From positions 1 through 34,896 of the forward strand of contig CALVAF010000144.1 of assembly GCA_944325475.1 (NCBI GenBank): DNA of 34,896 bases, read 5' to 3'. Source of the stretch: an uncultured Helicobacter sp. Lineage in GTDB: Bacteria > Campylobacterota > Campylobacteria > Campylobacterales > Helicobacteraceae. Both the position numbers and the translations under genes were made by a program. This document shows positions 32,416-34,896 of the stretch, in pieces (within the stretch, counting starts at the first letter, position 1; every line of letters begins with the position of its first letter). Below the pieces are notes generated by a model. That model worked only from the letters and a program-made list of their open reading frames with translations. It was not told the origin of the DNA and made no database searches.

Positions 32416-33737
32416 CGCTTACACAATCTACTTTAAACACATCTCATACTATACACGATAAAACTATTGATAATGCTAAAACTATCGCTAATACCCAAAG
32501 CAACACTACAAAATACGATTTTCTAGGACAATCCTATGCCTCAATGTATCCAAATTTACATAAATATCCTGCTACTATGCTACCTCAAATTGGACTAGAA
32601 CTTCTTAGGGATTTTAAAGTAAAAAAGACAAATTTACTAGACCCATATTGTGGGAGTGGCTCTAGCTTTATAAGTGGGATAGAATATGGCATGACACATT
32701 TTGTAGGCTTTGATTTAAATCCTTTAGCAATACGCATTGCTAAGGCAAAGCTAATCTTTATAGAATCCAAGTATCTCTTAGAGGAAAAAGAAAAGCTGTT
32801 GCACCAAATCCATAAAAAGCATACGATGCACTTAGATTCTAATCCCTTAGAAAATATCACCAATCTTGATTTTTGGATAGGAAAAGAGGCTCAAGAAAGT
32901 TTAGCGCATATCTTTTCTTGCATTCAGCAATATAGTGATGAAAATGTGCAAAATCTTTTTATCCTTGCCTTTAGTGAAACCCTGCGAGAAGTAAGCTACA
33001 CAAGAAACAATGAATTTAAGCTTTTTAGAATGAAAGAGCATGAAACTTATAAGCCAGATACATATAAGGTTTTCATAAAAAATATGGAATCTCTTATCAA
33101 GAATTATTTAGACTTTTATCAACCAAAATTGCATTCTCTATCTTTTAAGCTTATAAATTCGAGTTTTACCAATACTCAACAAAAATTTGATTGCATTCTC
33201 ACAAGCCCACCTTATGGGGATTCTAAAACCACAGTGGCGTATGGTCAATTTAGCACTTTTATTAATGAGTGGCTTGGGTTTAGGGAAGCTAGAAAGCTAG
33301 ATTCTAAACTTATGGGAGGAAAAAAGGCTAGAAGTCTCTATCAAAGAGGCGTAATGCGTGAGTGTATCACAAAAATTAGCAAACAAGATTCTAAAAGAGC
33401 CTTAGAGATTTCTAGCTTTTATTTTGATTTGGAAAAAAGCATTCAAAATGTGGTAGATTCTATAAATATCGGTGGTAAAGTCTTTTATGTAGTTGGTAAT
33501 CGCAGGGTTAAAAATATTGAACTTCCCACTGATGTATTTATCGCTGAAACTTTTTGCAAAAATGGCTTTACACATTTAGAGACTATAAAACGAAAAATCT
33601 CTAATAAATCAATGCCACTTAGAAACTCACCAACAAACAAAACAGGTATCTTATCAAACACAATGAATGAAGAATATATTGTAGTGTGTGAGAAAAAGAT
33701 TTGGAATAAGCAAAAGGAGCAAAAATGCAAAGTTTAA
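32412..33737 (+). CDS. Alpha-class N4-cytosine DNA methyltransferase
   Basis: LHKYPA, LDPYCGSG (motif I) before TSPPYG (motif IV), VVGNR. Confidence 0.88.
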   Translation: MTLTQSTLNTSHTIHDKTIDNAKTIANTQSNTTKYDFLGQSYASMYPNLHKYPATMLPQIGLELLRDFKVKKTNLLDPYCGSGSSFISGIEYGMTHFVGFDLNPLAIRIAKAKLIFIESKYLLEEKEKLLHQIHKKHTMHLDSNPLENITNLDFWIGKEAQESLAHIFSCIQQYSDENVQNLFILAFSETLREVSYTRNNEFKLFRMKEHETYKPDTYKVFIKNMESLIKNYLDFYQPKLHSLSFKLINSSFTNTQQKFDCILTSPPYGDSKTTVAYGQFSTFINEWLGFREARKLDSKLMGGKKARSLYQRGVMRECITKISKQDSKRALEISSFYFDLEKSIQNVVDSINIGGKVFYVVGNRRVKNIELPTDVFIAETFCKNGFTHLETIKRKISNKSMPLRNSPTNKTGILSNTMNEEYIVVCEKKIWNKQKEQKCKV

Positions 33738-34150
33738 GAGGAGTAAAGGCAAAAGAGAAATTTGTGCAAGATTATATGAATATCAAGGTATTAGCCTACC
33801 GTGTTTTACTGAATGGTGATATGAGAAAAAACCAATGTGGCGGCAAATTAACAAATAGGGAACTTTTTGATTTAATAAACTTAATATGGATAGGATTATC
33901 ATTGCAAAATATCGATATTTTGCACGATATTCAAAATAAGCTTTATGAAAATCCAGACAAGGAACCACCACCAAGTCATTTCAAATCACTCAATACAATA
34001 CTGAATAAATGGAATACTACGATACAAAGTATTATTGCTAAATTGCAACAAAACAATAGGAATTTTAGAAACTTCGATTTTACACAGGCAAGAGAATATC
34101 TTAAGGAATATTTTGAGAAAAATAATATTAACGATACAATACAATTTTAA
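33725..34150 (+). CDS. Hypothetical protein coupled to the R-M operon
   Basis: AAGGAG RBS, overlaps the MTase end, 141 aa, no motif recognised. Confidence 0.7.
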   Translation: MQSLRGVKAKEKFVQDYMNIKVLAYRVLLNGDMRKNQCGGKLTNRELFDLINLIWIGLSLQNIDILHDIQNKLYENPDKEPPPSHFKSLNTILNKWNTTIQSIIAKLQQNNRNFRNFDFTQAREYLKEYFEKNNINDTIQF

Positions 34151-34220
34151 TAAATCTATTAAATGTATTATGTGTAGTAGAAAAATCTCAGAGTTTAAAT
34201 TTACAATTTAGGAGACAACA

Positions 34221-34896
34221 TTGAAACATAAAACTTTTAGACAGGCTTCAAAGACGATGTATGAGCAGCCAGATTCTGAAAATTTAGAATCTAAAACGCC
34301 AAGCAAAGTGCTATGTGCTGTTAGCGGTGGGGTGGATTCTAGTGTTGTAGCCACGCTTTTATATAGGGCGATTGGGGAGAATCTTATCCCAATTTTTGTG
34401 GATACGGGGCTTTTACGCAAAGGCGAGCGAGAAGCAGTCGAGCAGATGTTTAAAGAGAATCTCAAAGTGCCTTTGATAACCATTGATGCCAGCAAGGAAT
34501 TTTTGGGGTTACTTAAGGGCGTGAGCGACCCAGAGCAAAAACGCAAGATTATCGGCGAGACCTTTATCAAGGTTTTTGAGCGAGAGGCAAAAAAGCATAA
34601 CACAAATGGCGAAATAAAATTCCTAGCGCAAGGCACACTTTATCCTGATGTGATAGAATCTGTGAGCGTGAAAGGACCCTCTAAAACGATAAAATCTCAT
34701 CACAATGTTGGCGGACTGCCCGAATGGATGAAATTTAAGCTGATTGAGCCATTAAGGGAGCTTTTTAAAGACGAAGTGAGGGCATTAGGCAGGGAGCTAG
34801 GAATGCCAGAATCTATGCTTATGCGACACCCATTCCCCGGACCCGGACTAGCCATACGCATAATGGGCGAGGTTACAAAAGAGGATTTGGATTTGT
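34221..34896 (+). CDS. guaA: GMP synthase, C-terminal ATP-pyrophosphatase half (split guaA); runs off the window
   Basis: TTG 34221 with AGGAGA RBS (in-frame ATG 34257): [77 protein letters not shown]. Confidence 0.96.
   Translation, partial: MKHKTFRQASKTMYEQPDSENLESKTPSKVLCAVSGGVDSSVVATLLYRAIGENLIPIFVDTGLLRKGEREAVEQMFKENLKVPLITIDASKEFLGLLKGVSDPEQKRKIIGETFIKVFEREAKKHNTNGEIKFLAQGTLYPDVIESVSVKGPSKTIKSHHNVGGLPEWMKFKLIEPLRELFKDEVRALGRELGMPESMLMRHPFPGPGLAIRIMGEVTKEDLDL

Larger units (their letters stand above)
26058..34220. other. ~8.2-kb accessory/defence cargo inserted inside guaA
   Basis: Lies between the two collinear guaA halves; R-M genes, pseudogenes and orphans; no integrase seen. Confidence 0.85.

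Noticed and set aside
26058-34220. Prophage, ICE, intein or self-splicing intron in guaA
   Set aside because: No integrase, phage, conjugation, reverse transcriptase or homing endonuclease genes; stop codons exclude an intein
34208-34636. 142-aa minus-strand ORF from the track
   Set aside because: Antisense shadow of the guaA C-terminal half

Overview
AT-rich chromosomal window, most likely from an enterohepatic Helicobacter (Campylobacterota; inferred from gene content and protein style). The first ~24 kb is mostly housekeeping: 3' end of cca (with an apparent frameshift), amtB-glnK, selU/mnmH-prfB, fldA, kefB-like antiporter, amino-acid ABC transporter, hemJ-argH-ubiE, a decayed TupA-like ATP-grasp pseudogene, uvrC, nadB, citE-like lyase, putP-putA and an IS607 tnpA remnant. 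The main oddity is guaA (GMP synthase), which is split near its domain linker into two apparently intact ORFs: GATase half 25395-26057 and ATP-pyrophosphatase half from 34221, running off the window and missing from the ORF track. The halves are separated by ~8.2 kb of cargo with no recognisable integrase: yeiH and argJ remnants, IroE-like esterase, 3-methyladenine glycosylase, truncated DpnII-like nuclease plus DpnA-like methylase, GNAT, an intact BsaWI-like R-M pair behind a G12 tract, and orphans. An imperfect direct repeat at the two junctions would restore an in-frame guaA if recombined. A TAGAATC/GATTCTA motif is conspicuously enriched and generates DS/ES-rich protein extensions.
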